A DNA stretch of 64,000 nt from Macrostomum lignano (taxonomy: Eukaryota): the NCBI GenBank assembly GCA_002269645.1, contig NIVC01000076.1, positions 1 to 64,000 on the forward strand, in the 5' to 3' direction. The notes beneath the pieces are model-generated. The model was not told the DNA's origin. It did no database searches and saw nothing but the letters and a program-made list of their open reading frames with translations. Both the position numbers and the translations under genes were made by a program. Below are positions 1-12,790 of this stretch, in pieces (position 1 is the stretch's first letter; every line of letters starts with the position of its first letter).

Positions 1-140
1 AAATTTATTAGCTGGGTAATGAGGTGTGTGTGGCGACCCGCCCAGTCCTTGGACTGAACAGCCGTACGCAGCTTCAAATGCGCCGCGCAATAGCTGCGGC
101 TGAGCTGTCGGGCTGCACGTCTGGCAGGTGTAATCAATTA
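1..140 (+). mobile_element. Probable 3' body/tail of a SINE-like interspersed repeat in an RCL1 intron
   Basis: Ends in gctgtcgggctgcacgtctggcaggtgtaatcaatt, which resembles the 3' end of the tRNA-derived element at 11590-11750 (gctgtgtcggttgcacatct...ggcaggtgtgcgtaatcaatt). Confidence 0.4.
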
Positions 141-440
141 GTATCTGCAATTTCGGTTGCTAAGAGCATTATTTGCAGTAGTAGTATTAGTAGTAGTATA
201 ATGGGAGTAGTAGATTGGCATGTGTAGATTACAGAAGTAGCAGTAGTAGCAGTAGTATTCGTAAAAAAATCACGCATGCCGTCCTCTAAATAATGAGCTT
301 TTGAAAGTCTCGCTCCTTTCCGCTTTTTAATTAACAATGTATTGGCATAAGTATGGATGGTTTCAGTTTTATAGAATTCATCTTTTCGATTTCAGGTTTT
401 GCCTATACTTCTACTGTAAGTAGAGTTGCACAAATTTCAG

Positions 441-704
441 ATCTATCGCGGCGGCTGCGTTGACTCAATTAGTCAACCGCTGGCCTTGGCTTTGATGGCC
501 CTGTGCGATCGGGATGCCAGCAGATTGCTAACTGGCCCATTGACTCCGCACAGTGTCCGCTTGCTGCGACTGTTGCGCCAGTTTCTTGGCGTCACGTTTC
601 GATTGCAATCGCGACCGGCTGGCGACGACGGACTGGGCGGCGACAAAGTGCTGTGCACCTGCGTTGGCTCCGGGTTTGCCAATCTCAGTAAACTGGTGCG
701 ATAG
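441..704 (+). CDS. RCL1: RNA 3'-terminal phosphate cyclase-like protein (RCL1), last coding exon; upstream exons lie outside the window
   Basis: Acceptor aatttcag|atc at 440/441. Translation IYRGGCVDSISQPLALALMALCDRDASRLLTGPLTPHSV...GGDKVLCTCVGSGFANLSKLVR* matches the recognised RCL1 C-terminus (IYRGGCVDS...GPLSPY...GGDKVLMTCVGIGFSNLSK). Confidence 0.9.
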   Translation: MYRGGCVDSISQPLALALMALCDRDASRLLTGPLTPHSVRLLRLLRQFLGVTFRLQSRPAGDDGLGGDKVLCTCVGSGFANLSKLVR

Positions 705-759
705 TGTACTGGCAGTCTGCTGCTTCCACAGCATCGGCTTCTTCCAGCTTTTCCTACTT

Positions 760-1140
760 TTCTTGTCTTCCTCGCCTGCTTCTGCTCACCTCTCTCCTTT
801 GTTCTATTTATTTATCTTCGTCCCTTCTTGCCCTCTGCACTTTCTCCCCTCTATATCCTCTCCTCCCCTCCCTCTCCTTCTCCTCCCCTCTATATCCTCT
901 CTCCTTTCCTTCTCTCTATATCCTCTCTCCTTTCCTTCTCTCTATATCCTCTCTCCCTCTCTCCTTTCCTCTTTATCCTCCCTCTCCCTCTCTCCCCCAT
1001 CTAGAGTCTAACATCTCTCCCTCTCTCCTCCTATCTATATCCTCTCTCCCCTCTCCTCCCCTCTCGTCCCCTCCCTCCCCCTCTCCTCCCCTCTATATCC
1101 TCTCTCCCCCTCCACTCCCCTCCTTCCTCTTTCTCATTTC
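760..1140. repeat. CT-rich low-complexity polypyrimidine tract
   Basis: Degenerate ctctatatcctctctccc units, almost purely C/T. Confidence 0.9.
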
Positions 1141-1546
1141 TCTCAACTTTTCCCACCATTTTTCTTCCGATTCTTCCCTTCTAATTGTTTTTATCTTTTT
1201 CCCTATGATCCGCATAATGTACGCATAATCAGTGCAGGCCGCTTTGGAGCATCTTGACCCGTAGTAAAGTAGCATCTGTGTCGGTTTATTGCGAACACAT
1301 TTGAATGCTCACCCAGTCCCGGGCATCTGTGTACCAATCGCATACAGTATAGACTGTCGATATGCAAATAAATGTGCTTTTGCATTTTTAATGCTATGTT
1401 TGTTCTTGCTCTGCCACTTGGCAAATGACGACATCAATTTTGAGCGGGCGTTGCATCTTATAATTGTTTTATATGTGCATTATGCTACATGTAGTAGGGT
1501 GTGCCAGCGTGTCAAGTCAGCATTCAATTGTGCCGTCAAAATACAA

Positions 1547-3140
1547 CTCCGACACATCATACCTCCGACACTTGGTATCTCCGACGCCTCAGATCTGACA
1601 CCTCATATCTGACAAACTTGGCAACGGACTTCATACATGTATCTCCGTTAGGTTTTGTGTTTAGCTTGTCGGAGATATGAGGCGTCTGAGATACGAAGTG
1701 TCAGAGGTATGGAGTGTCGAAGATACGAGCTGTCAGAGATGAGAGCTGTCGGAGGTATGGAGTGTCTGAGATATGAAGCGTCGGAGCTACGATCTGTCGG
1801 AGATATGAGCTGTCGAAGTTATAGTGTCGGAGATATGAGCTGTCGAAGATATTAAGTATCGGAGATATGAGCTGTCGAAGATATAGTGTCGGAGATATGA
1901 AGTATCGGAGATATGAGCTGTCGAAGATATAGTGTCGGAGATATGAGCTGTCGGAGATATAGTGTCGGAGATATGAGCTGTCGAAGATATGAAGTATCAG
2001 AGATATGAGCTGTCGGAGATATAGTGTCAGAGATATGAGCTGTCGGAGATATGAGCTGTCGAAGATATGAAGTGTCAGAGATATGAGCTGTCAGAGACAT
2101 GAGCTGTCGAAGATATAGTGTCAGACATATGAAGTAATCGGAGATATGAAGTAATCGGAGATATGAAGTATCGGAGATATGAGCTGTCGGAGATATAGTG
2201 TCGGAGATATGAAGTAATCGGAGATATGAAGTATCGGAGATATGAGCTGTCGAAGATATAGTGTCGGAGATATGAGCTGTCGAAGATATGAAGTATCAGA
2301 GAAATGAGCTGTCAGAGATATGAGCTGTCGAAGATATAGTGTCAGACATATGAAGTAATCGGAGATATGAAGTATCGGAGATATGAGCTGTCGAAGATAT
2401 AGTGTCGGAGATATGAAGTATCGGAGATATGAAGTATCGGAGATATGAGCTGTCGAAGATATAGTGTCGGAGATATAGTGTCGGAGATATGAAGTAATCG
2501 GAGATATGAAGTATCGGAGATATGAGCTGTCGAAGATATAGTGTCGGAGATATGAAGTAATCGGAGATATGAAATAATCGGAGATATGAAGTATCGGAGA
2601 TAGGAGCTGTCGAAGATATAGTGTCGGAGATATGAAGTATCGGAGATATGAGCTGTCGAAGATATAGTGTCGGAGATATGAGCTGTCGGAGATATGAAGT
2701 ATCGGAGATATGAGCTGTCGAAGATATAGTGTCGGAGATATAGTGTCGGAGATATGAAGTAATCGGAGATATGAAGTAATCGGAGATATGAAGTATCGGA
2801 GATATGAGCTGTCGAAGATATAGTGTCGGAGATATGAGCTGTCGGAGATATGAAGTATCGGAGATATGAGCTGTCGAAGATATAGTGTCGGAGATATAGT
2901 GTCGGAGATATGAAGTAATCGGAGATATGAAGTAATCGGAGATATGAAGTATCGGAGATATGAGCTGTCGAAGATATAGTGTCGGACATATGAAGTAATC
3001 GGAGATATGAAATATCGGAGATATGAGCTGTCGAAGATATAGTGTCGGAGATATGAAGTATCGGAGATATGAGCTGTCGAAGATATAGTGTCGGAGATAT
3101 GAAGTGTAGGAAATTATATGTCGTAGATATGACGCCCCGT
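1547..3140. mobile_element. Foldback-like element: short inverted left arm (1547-1614), central palindrome (atacatgtat, 1633-1642), right arm expanded into a tandem array
   Basis: The reverse complement of 1547-1614 aligns closely with 1667-1725. The spacer has its own dyad (aacgga...tccgtt). No transposase and no clear TSD seen. Confidence 0.45.
1667..3110. repeat. Composite minisatellite of 14-17 bp related units (gagatatgaagtatcg / gagatatgagctgtcg / aagatatagtgtcg)
   Basis: Direct inspection. It explains ORFs 1852..2100 and 2342..3265. Confidence 0.95.
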
Positions 3141-3774
3141 AACTTTCTGATTTTCAGGCATCTATATGCTTTTAGGTCGGTTGGCCCTCTTGAACTAAAA
3201 TCGCACGACTGATTTTTCAAACCGAATATTGTTGAATTATTGGGCATGCACATTCGAGCTGCCAATGGCTAAACTAAGCTGGAAGAAGTTGGGCCGTTAA
3301 GGACATATATGAAGCTGTAGTGCATACAAATGGCATTATAAATAATTCCATATTTTTATTCCACCAAGCAAAGCAATCGACAGCGCTTCGCTCCAATCTT
3401 ATACTCATAGCTGACAGGCCTGTTCAGTGCGCGCGAGGCAAAACAGCTGCACAGCTTGCATATTTAATCCTGTCTACACCCGCATAGCTGGATTTTACTG
3501 AGCTGCCAATCTAAACTGCATGGTCATGGCAGATATTTGCCCGCCCGTAGCTGTCGTATTTTTCTAGTAAATCCGACTCAATCTACACTTAGTTAATTTG
3601 TGCGGTCAGATAGTACTAAATTTATGTGATGTCTGAGAGACACGATTATAGGAGTTCATATCATTTATGCCATCCATGCTAATTGTTTGCTCTGTGTACA
3701 TACGGGCGTTTTACTTAATTGGCTTTTTCTCGGTTTGGGTGTTTGGGTGAGTCGGAATTGGGGAGTCAGGGGTT

Positions 3775-5650
3775 GGATAGATGAGTGTCAGCAAGAATCG
3801 GATTGGGGTGTCAGCAAGAATCGAATTGGGTGTCAGCAAGAGTCAGATTGGGTGTCAGCAAGAGTCGGATTGGGGTGTCAGCAAAAGTCGGATTGGGTGT
3901 CAGCAAGAGTCGAATGGGTGTCAGCAAGAATCGAATTGGGTGTCAGCAAGAGTCGAATGGGGTGTCAGCAGAATCGAATTGGGTGTCAGAAAGAGTCGGA
4001 TTGGGTGTCAGCAAGAGTCGAATGGGGTGTCAGCAAGAGTCGGATTTGGGTGTCAGAAAGAGTTGGATTGGGGTGTCAGCTAGAGTCGGATTGGGTGTCA
4101 GCAAGAGTTGGATTGGGGTGTCAGCAAGAGTCGGATTGGGTGTCAGCAAGAATCGAATTGGGTGTCAGCAAGAGTCAGATTGGGTGTCAGCAAGAGTCGG
4201 ATTGGGGTGTCAGCAAGAGTCGGATTGGGTGTCAGCAAGAGTCGAATGGGGTGTCAGCAAGAATCGAATTGGGTGTCAGCAAGAGTCGAATGGGGTGTCA
4301 GCAAGAGTCGGATTGGGTGTCAGCAAGAGTCGAATGGGGTGTCAGCAAGAGTCGGATTGGGGTGTCAGCAAGAATCGAATTGGGTGTCAGCAAGAATCGA
4401 ATTGGGTGTCAGCAAGAGTCGAATGGGGTGTCAGCAAGAGTCGGATTGGGTGTCAGCAAGAGTCGGATTGGGTGTCAGCAAGAGTCGGATTGGGGTGTCA
4501 GCAAGAGTCGGATTGGGTGTCAGCAAGAGTCGAATGGGGTGTCAGCAAGAGTCGGATTGGGGTGTCAGCAAGAATCGAATTGGGTGTCAGCAAGAATCGA
4601 ATTGGGTGTCAGCAAGAGTCGAATGGGGTGTCAGCAAGAGTCGGATTGGGTGTCAGCAAGAGTCGGATTGGGTGTCAGCAAGAGTCAGATTGGGGTGTCA
4701 GCAAGAGTCGGATTGGGTGTCAGCAAGAATCGAATTGGGTGTCAGCAAGAGTCGAATGGGGTGTCAGCAAGAGTCGGATTGGGTGTCAGCAAGAGTCGAA
4801 TGGGGTGTCAGCAAGAGTCGGATTGGGGTGTCAGCAAGAATCGAATTGGTTGTCAGCAAGAATCGAATTGGGTGTCAGCAAGAGTCGAATGGGGTGTCAG
4901 CAAGAGTCGGATTGGGTGTCAGCAAGAGTCGGATTGGGGTGTCAGCAAGAGTCGGATTGGGGTGTCAGCAAGAGTCGGATCGGGTGTCAGCAAGAGTCGG
5001 ATTGGGGTGTCAGCAAGAGTCGGATTGGGGTGTCAGCAAGAGTCGGATTGGGGTGTCAGCAAGAGTCGGATTGGGGTGTCAGCAAGAGTCGGATTGGGGT
5101 GTCAGCAAGAGTCGGATTGGGGTGTCAGCAAGAGTCGGATTGGGTGTCAGCAAGAGTCGGATTGGGGTGTCAGCAAGAGTCGGATTGGGGTGTCAGCAAG
5201 AGTCGGATTGGGGTGTCAGCAAGAGTCGGATTGGGGTGTCAGCAAGAGTCGGATTGGGGTGTCAGCAAGAGTCGGATTGGGGTGTCAGCAAGAGTCGGAT
5301 TGGGGTGTCAGCAAGAGTCGGATTGGGGTGTCAGCAAGAGTCGGATTGGGGTGTCAGCAAGAGTCGGATCGGGTGTCAGCAAGAGTCGGATTGGTGTGTC
5401 AGCAAGAGTCGGATTGGGGTGTCAGCAAGAGTCGGATTGGGGTGTCAGCAAGAGTCGGATTGGGGTGTCAGCAAGAGTCGGATTGGGGTGTCAGCAAGAG
5501 TCGGATTGGGGTGTCAGCAAGAGTCGGATTGGGGTGTCAGCAAGAGTCGGATTGGGGTGTCAGCAAGAGTCGGATTGGGTGTCAGCAAGATTCGAATCTG
5601 GTGTCAGCAAGAGTCGGATTGGGGTGTCAGCAAGAGTCGGATTGGGTGTA
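3775..5650. repeat. 22-23 bp minisatellite (gtgtcagcaagagtcggattggg), about 80 copies
   Basis: Direct inspection. Variant units on the left, homogeneous 23-mer on the right. It explains the three overlapping + strand ORFs. Confidence 0.97.
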
Positions 5651-5904
5651 TCTTCGAACTAAAATCATCGTGTCACCCTTAATAAATGGTTCAATATTTG
5701 GCGCATGTTTTTCTGCCTAATTCCTTAACAAAAATAGACTACTGCATGCACAGAAGTAACAAATATCTACTTGCCAACTGCAACTTGGAATGTTAATAAA
5801 ATCTTTGTAGGATAGAGCTGCTTGCTAGCTTTCTTGTCTGACAAATAAATAGTTTTCTGCATGTTTCGGATCAATTCAGTCTGTTAATTTGCGAGATAGC
5901 GCAG

Positions 5905-7620
5905 CGTTATTTTCGATTCTAATAGCTAATAGCGGCTTGTGAATAGTCAGCCTCACAATTCTAATAGCTAATAGCGGCTTGTGAATAGTCAGCCTCACAA
6001 TTCTAATAGCTAAGAGCGGCTTGTGAATAGTCAGCCTCACAATTCTAATAGCTAATAGCGGCTTGTGAATTGTCAGCCTCACAATTCTAATAGCTAAGAG
6101 CGGCTTGTGAATAGTCAGCCTCACAATTTTAATAGCTAATAGCTGCTTGTGAATAGTCAGCCTCACAATTCTAATAGCTAATAGCGGCTTGTGAATTGTC
6201 AGCCTCACAATTCTAATAGCTAATAGCTGCTTGTGAATAGTCAGCCTCACAATTCTAATAGCTAATAGCGGCTTGTGAATTGTCAGCCTCACAATTCTAA
6301 TAGCTAAGAGCGGCTTGTGAATAGTCAGCCTCACAATTCTAATAGCTAATAGCGGCTTGTGAATTGTCAGCCTCACAATTCTAATAGCTAAGAGCGGCTT
6401 GTGAATAGTCAGCCTCACAATTTTAATAGCTAATAGCTGCTTGTGAATAGTCAGCCTCACAATTCTAATAGCTAATAGCGGCTTGTGAATTGTCAGCCTC
6501 ACAATTCTAATAGCTAATAGCTGCTTGTGAATAGTCAGCCTCACAATTCTAATAGCTAATAGCGGCTTGTGAATTGTCAGCCTCACAATTCTAATAGCTA
6601 GTAGCGGCTTGTGAATTGTCAGCCTCACAATTTTAATAGCTAGTAGCGGCTTGTGAATTGTCAGCCTCACAATTCTAATAGCTAGTAGCGGCTTGTGAAT
6701 TGTCAGCCTCACAATTCTAATAGCTAATAGCAGCTTGTGAATTGTCAGCCTCACAATTTTAATAGCTAGTAGCGGCTTGTGAATTGTCAGCCTCACAATT
6801 TTAATAATAGCTAGTAGCGGCTTGTGAATTGTCAGCCTCACAATTCTAATAATAGCTAGTAGCGGCTTGTGAATTGTCAGCCTCACAATTTTAATAATAG
6901 CTAGTAGCGGCTTGTGAATAGTCAGCCTCACAATTCTAATAGCTAAGAGCGGCTTGTGAATAGTCAGCCTCACAATTGTAATAGCTAATAGCGGCTTGTG
7001 AATTGTCAGCCTCACAATTCTAATTGCTAAGAGCGGCTTGTGAATAGTCAGCCTCACAATTCTAATAGCTAATAGCGGCTTGTGAATTGTCAGCCTCACA
7101 ATTCTAATAGCTAATAGCTGCTTGTGAATAGTCAGCCTCACAATTCTAATAGCTAATAGCGGCTTGTGAATTGTCAGCCTCACAATTCTAATAATAGCTA
7201 GTAGCGGCTTGTGAATTGTCAGCCTCACAATTCTAATAATAGCTAGTAGCGGCTTGTGAATTGTCAGCCTCACAATTCTAATAATAGCTAGTAGCGGCTT
7301 GTGAATTGTCAGCCTCACAATTCTAATAGCTAGTAGCGGCTTGTGAATTGTCAGCCTCACAATTCTAATAGCTAGTAGCGGCTTGTGAATTGTCAGCCTC
7401 ACAATTTTAATAATAGCTAGTAGCGGCTTGTGAATTGTCAGCCTCACAATTCTAATAATAGCTAGTAGCGGCTTGTGAATTGTCAGCCTCACAATTCTAA
7501 TAGCTAGTAGCGGCTTGTGAATTGTCAGCCTCACAATTCTAATAATAGCTAGTAGCGGCTTGTGAATTGTCAGCCTCACAATTCTAGTAGTAGCTAGAGG
7601 CTTGTGAATAGTCAGCCTCA
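5905..7620. repeat. 42/45 bp minisatellite (aattctaatagctaatagcggcttgtgaattgtcagcctcac), about 40 copies
   Basis: Direct inspection. It explains ORF 5876..7621. Confidence 0.97.
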
Positions 7621-8534
7621 CTGTTGCCGGTCAGGTCCTCAGTCCACTCTCGAACTCCGAACTGAGCCGAGTCTCTTTTCTACCTGTCCTAGTCAGCCTC
7701 GGGCCAAATCAGGTCTGACTTTCACTGACACTAGTTTCTCTTTCCCCTACTAGCCATTCAGCTTCTGTCAATGCTGCTGCTTTGTCCGCGCGAACCGTCC
7801 CACCAGCAACTGTTTGATCCGATCTGCTCTCGCATCTCTACCCCCCCCAAGACGACCTTGTCATTCAATCTTCCTCACTCGCGCTCTCACTCGCCGTCTG
7901 CCCCCCTTCGCTCATCGCACCCAACTATCCAGCGCTCCCGGGCTTGTCGTCCGTCCCCTTTCCCTGGAGCAACTCGGAGCACTCCTCACCTCCCCTTTCA
8001 GCTCGATTCCGACAGTCTCTGCTGCCTCCTTTTTAAAAAGAAAGCAAGCCAAGCAAGCCTTTATAATCCCTTTAGGAAGGATTCGCGGAAGCCACTCGGC
8101 GTATTGCAATATTCAATCTGCTCCCCCCGGGAGAGCACACTGGCTGACTAGAAGAACTCCATACTGCTGCTACTGACTGCCGAACCAATTTACTTAGGTC
8201 GCTAAACTGCCCACAAGGAAAATAGAAAGCGAGGAAAAGAAACAGAGCGGCAAAAGGGGAGGAGAGAGGAAGAAGAAGAGAGTCTAAAGCCAAGCCACTC
8301 TACTCGCGCAGAAGAATACCAATCGATTTTCTGCCCGGACTCCAGTCCCCCGAAAAATCTCTCTCTCTCAGGCTCAGCTAGGGTCTCATTCCCGCCTAAT
8401 CCCCGCCAGCCACCCCCAAGTTCCGCCCCCCCCCCCCCCGGTTAAGCGTGTGTGCGGAGTGTGCCAGAAGGGCAGACCGGTTCCCCTGTTGTGTGCGCGC
8501 GGGTATAAATCCCATAGCAGCTGGTGAGAGAGCC

Positions 8535-9176
8535 ATGAGCAGCTCAGCTGACTCCAGGCCCTCTGCTGCCACTCGTCGACAGCCCCAAGTGCCGGCCGGA
8601 TTTCGCGAACTCCTGCAGGACTTCGCCGTTGCCGTCCTGCGCCAATCGCCCGACGATGCTGTAGAATTTGCGATCGAATATTTCACCAGATTGCGAATAG
8701 GCCGAATGTCCAGCCAGAAACCAGTTGAAGCCTCCTTGGCGCCGCCAGCCGAGAAGGAGCAACAGGACTCGGAGACGCCGATGTCACCGAAAGACGTCGA
8801 CGAAGACGAGCCGCCGATTACGGCGCCTCCGCCTCGTCGCGGCACTCGCCGGGTGGCGGTGGCCGGCGAGAGCTTCGACCCGGAGAAGGAGGACCCGGCC
8901 GATGCGGCCAGGCCCATTGTGACGCACCCGAAGTCCGACGAGCAGCGACGTCGGCTCAACCAGGCCGTGTCTCACATTGTGCTGTTCCAGTGCCTCGACG
9001 AGGACCAGAAGCGTGACGTCATCAACGCCATGTTCGAACGGCGCAGCGAGCCTGGCGACCGGATCATCACTCAGGGCGAGGACGGCGACAATTTCTACGT
9101 GATCGAGTCCGGGGTGTACGACATCTACGTGCTGATCGACGGGAAGGACACTAAAGTTGGGCAGTACAATAACCAG
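8535..9176 (+). CDS. PRKAR2: cAMP-dependent protein kinase type II regulatory subunit, exon 1 (D/D domain, inhibitor linker, start of CNB-A)
   Basis: ATG at 8535 (gccATGa). RII-type D/D domain [35 protein letters not shown], then [11 protein letters not shown] and [17 protein letters not shown]. Phase-0 donor cag|gtgagg at 9176/9177. Confidence 0.93.
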
Positions 9177-9224
9177 GTGAGGCCTGACGTCTCAGCTGAT
9201 TTACAGTGCGGGGGTTACATATAG

Positions 9225-10095
<871 letters not shown>

Positions 10096-10383
10096 AAGCA
10101 AGAGTTGGTTACCAAGTTAGTTAGTTGCGCAGTCGAGTCCTATTCCCTCTTGTGCCATCAAATCATATTCATAATCAAAACCATCATCAAATCAAATCAT
10201 TAAAAATACATACTTCTATAAAGAAGTTTACAGAGCAACACAATATTTTGTGTCCAAGTCGTGTGTGATCGCACAAGCTACTGCTCGATGGCTGCGTGCC
10301 TTTAGCACCCGCCAGGCTTGAAATCGATATAGCGATATAGTGGCGCCATGATCAAGTTGATAACCAAATGCACATCCCCGCAG

Positions 10384-10974
10384 GGCTCCTTCGGCGAGCT
10401 CGCTCTGATGTACAACGCGCCACGCGCGGCCACCATCGTCTGCGCCGAGCCGGGCAGCCTGTGGGCCATGGACCGGGACACCTTCCGGCGTCTAGTGCTA
10501 AAGAAGGCCTTCCAGAAGCGCGTCATGTACGAGACTCTGCTGGAATCGGTGCCCCTGCTCAAGCAGCTCGCTCCGTACGAGCGGATGAGCGTAGCGGACG
10601 CTCTTAAATCGAAAAGCTGCGCCGACGGCGAGAGAATCATCGCCCAAGGTGAACTTGGCAACGAGATGTTCTTCGTTGAAGATGGCGAAGTTCGAATCAC
10701 TTGCCGTCGCGGGGACGGCGGCGAGGAGGTGGAGATCTCGCGGCTTGGCAAAGGCGGCTACTTCGGCGAGCTGGCCCTGCTGACTAAACAGCCTCGAGCC
10801 GCCAGCGTCTACGCCTGCGGCGGTCGATGCAAAGTCGCCGTGCTGGACGTTGGTTCGTTCGAACGCCTGCTCGGGCCGTGCCTGGACATCATGCGGCGGT
10901 CAATCGACACCTACCAGCAGCAGCTCGCCACCATATTTGGCAGCCTGGAGTCTGTCCCGGACCTGAGAGACTGA
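10384..10974 (+). CDS. PRKAR2: cAMP-dependent protein kinase type II regulatory subunit, exon 2 (CNB-A PBC, CNB-B, stop)
   Basis: Acceptor ccccgcag|ggc. GSFGELALMYNAPRAAT, GYFGELALLTKQPRAAS and FERLLGPCLDIM. Joined CDS is 1233 nt = 410 aa + stop. Confidence 0.95.
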   Translation, partial: GSFGELALMYNAPRAATIVCAEPGSLWAMDRDTFRRLVLKKAFQKRVMYETLLESVPLLKQLAPYERMSVADALKSKSCADGERIIAQGELGNEMFFVEDGEVRITCRRGDGGEEVEISRLGKGGYFGELALLTKQPRAASVYACGGRCKVAVLDVGSFERLLGPCLDIMRRSIDTYQQQLATIFGSLESVPDLRD

Positions 10975-11589
10975 CCAGTCTCAGGGAGTTATGAAGATAG
11001 CTCCAGACTCAATTGATATAGCAGACTGTGGATGCCGATGAAACTGTTTCTGTTGTTCGCTTGCAACAGCCTATAAGATATTTTCAAGGTTCCGCCGTAC
11101 TCGACTTATAGTTCGATACTCCGTTACTTTATTGGTCCCACCGTACTAAAATTGACAGTAACTAAAATTACAGTTTCTCAGTAGAAGTAATGATGTGCTC
11201 TATTTTATTTCTTAGCTAAACCCTTATTCGTTAATTAATTAAAGTTCTTCAAGTAGGACATCACCTAAGCAGTCAGGTAAATTGGCTTCTTTCTCAGTTG
11301 TACCGCAATGTTAGGTTCTGTTTTTTTGTTTCCATAATGCTCGCTTTAGTTAATAACATCTTTCATGTTATAATTCTCTTTGAGTCTCGTCATTTTTATC
11401 AAGTAGTTCCTATGCATAGCCGGGAAAATATGATTTTGAGTTTGCACTGGCTGGTTTCGGGTTCCTTCAATGCTGGTGTGTCTGAAGTCCCTGTCTTGTA
11501 TTCTTACTCGCTGTTTGTTTACTTTTCTAAGTCACTACTTAAGCTTAATTAGTCACTAATTGTATACTCGTGCTTTATAAAGCTAATTT

Positions 11590-11750
11590 GGGGTTGTAGC
11601 CAGGTGGTTAGAGCGTCGGACTCACGACTGAAAGGTCGGGGGTTCGATTCTCGACCCGCTTCAGTTCACCCAGCTGTTAGCTGTGTCGGTTGCACATCTA
11701 CCCATTAGGGCAGGTGTGCGTAATCAATTGAATTAATTATTATTATTATA
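11590..11750 (+). mobile_element. tRNA-derived SINE-like element (Pol III A/B boxes, non-tRNA body, (TTA)n tail)
   Basis: A box tagccaggtgg (11597-11607) and B box ggttcgattc (11641-11650). The acceptor stem does not pair. It continues into cagttcacccagctg... and ends in aattattattattata. Confidence 0.7.
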
Positions 11751-12169
11751 TCAAGTAGAATTTGTGATTCGTCCGCGCTGATCTGATTTGCACTGTGCAA
11801 TTTCCATCGATCGTCTTGCCTGCACCGTCTCTTTAGGCAGTGAAGAAGAAGTCAGCTGTTGCTTTGAAAACAAAAGTATGATAAAATAATAAAAGTGCTA
11901 AGTTCATCGTTTAAAGATGAAATGCTTCGCTAAAAAAACTGTTCTTCACTGTTTGAATTTTGTTTGAAAATAACGATATTAAGGAGCTCCTACTAAATAA
12001 ACTCAATGTGTCATTTCAACTCAATGTCTACCCTTTAAATTGATCAATCTACCAATGATGTACTCCAATTCTACACATTGTCTACTAATAACAATCAGCC
12101 TACATATTCTATACTCCCACCTATACATATCGATTATATTCTATATAGATTATTTTACAGCTAGTATTT

Positions 12170-12790
12170 TCAGTCTATACAGTGTCTACTCTCAGTCTAT
12201 CCAGTGTCTACTCTCAGTCTGTCCAGTGTCTACTCTCAGTCTATCCAGTGTCTACCCTCAGTCTATCCAGTGTCTACTCTCAGTCTATCCAGTGTCTACT
12301 CTCAGTCTATGCAGTGTCTACTCTCAGTCTGCCCATTGTCTACTCTCAGTCTGCCCATTGTCTAGTCCCAGACTACCCATTTGTCTAATCTCAGTCTATC
12401 CATTCTCTACTCTCAGTCTATCCAGTGTCTACTCTCAGTCTGCCCATTGTCTACTCTCAGTCTGCCCATTGTCTAGTCCCAGACTACCCATTGTCTAATA
12501 TCAGTCTGTCTAGTGTCTACTCTCAGTCTATCCATTCTCTACTCTCAGTCTATCCAGTGTCTACTCTCAGTCTATCCATTCTCTACTCTCAGTCTATCCA
12601 TTGTCTAATCTCAGTCTATCCAGTGTCTACTTTCAGTCTGCCCATTGTCTAGTCCAAGACTACCCATTGTCTACTCTCAGTCTGCCCATTGTCTACTCTC
12701 AGTCTACCCATTTTCTACTCTCAGTCTACTCTCAGTCTATCCATTGTCTACTCTCAGTCACGCCATTATCTACACTTAGTCTATTCATTG
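12170..12790. repeat. Degenerate 22-bp minisatellite (ctactctcagtctatccagtgt)
   Basis: Direct inspection. Confidence 0.9.

Noticed and set aside
3687-7621. Long ORFs of 524-677 aa
   Set aside because: They are translations of stop-free tandem repeats, open in several frames at once, with no domain content.
8448-8534. N-terminal extension of PKA-RII from the GTG start in the ORF track
   Set aside because: Homology begins just after the ATG at 8535, which has a good Kozak context.
11590-11665. Functional tRNA gene (apparent CAC anticodon)
   Set aside because: The acceptor and anticodon stems pair poorly, and the sequence continues into a SINE-like body and tail with no Pol III terminator.
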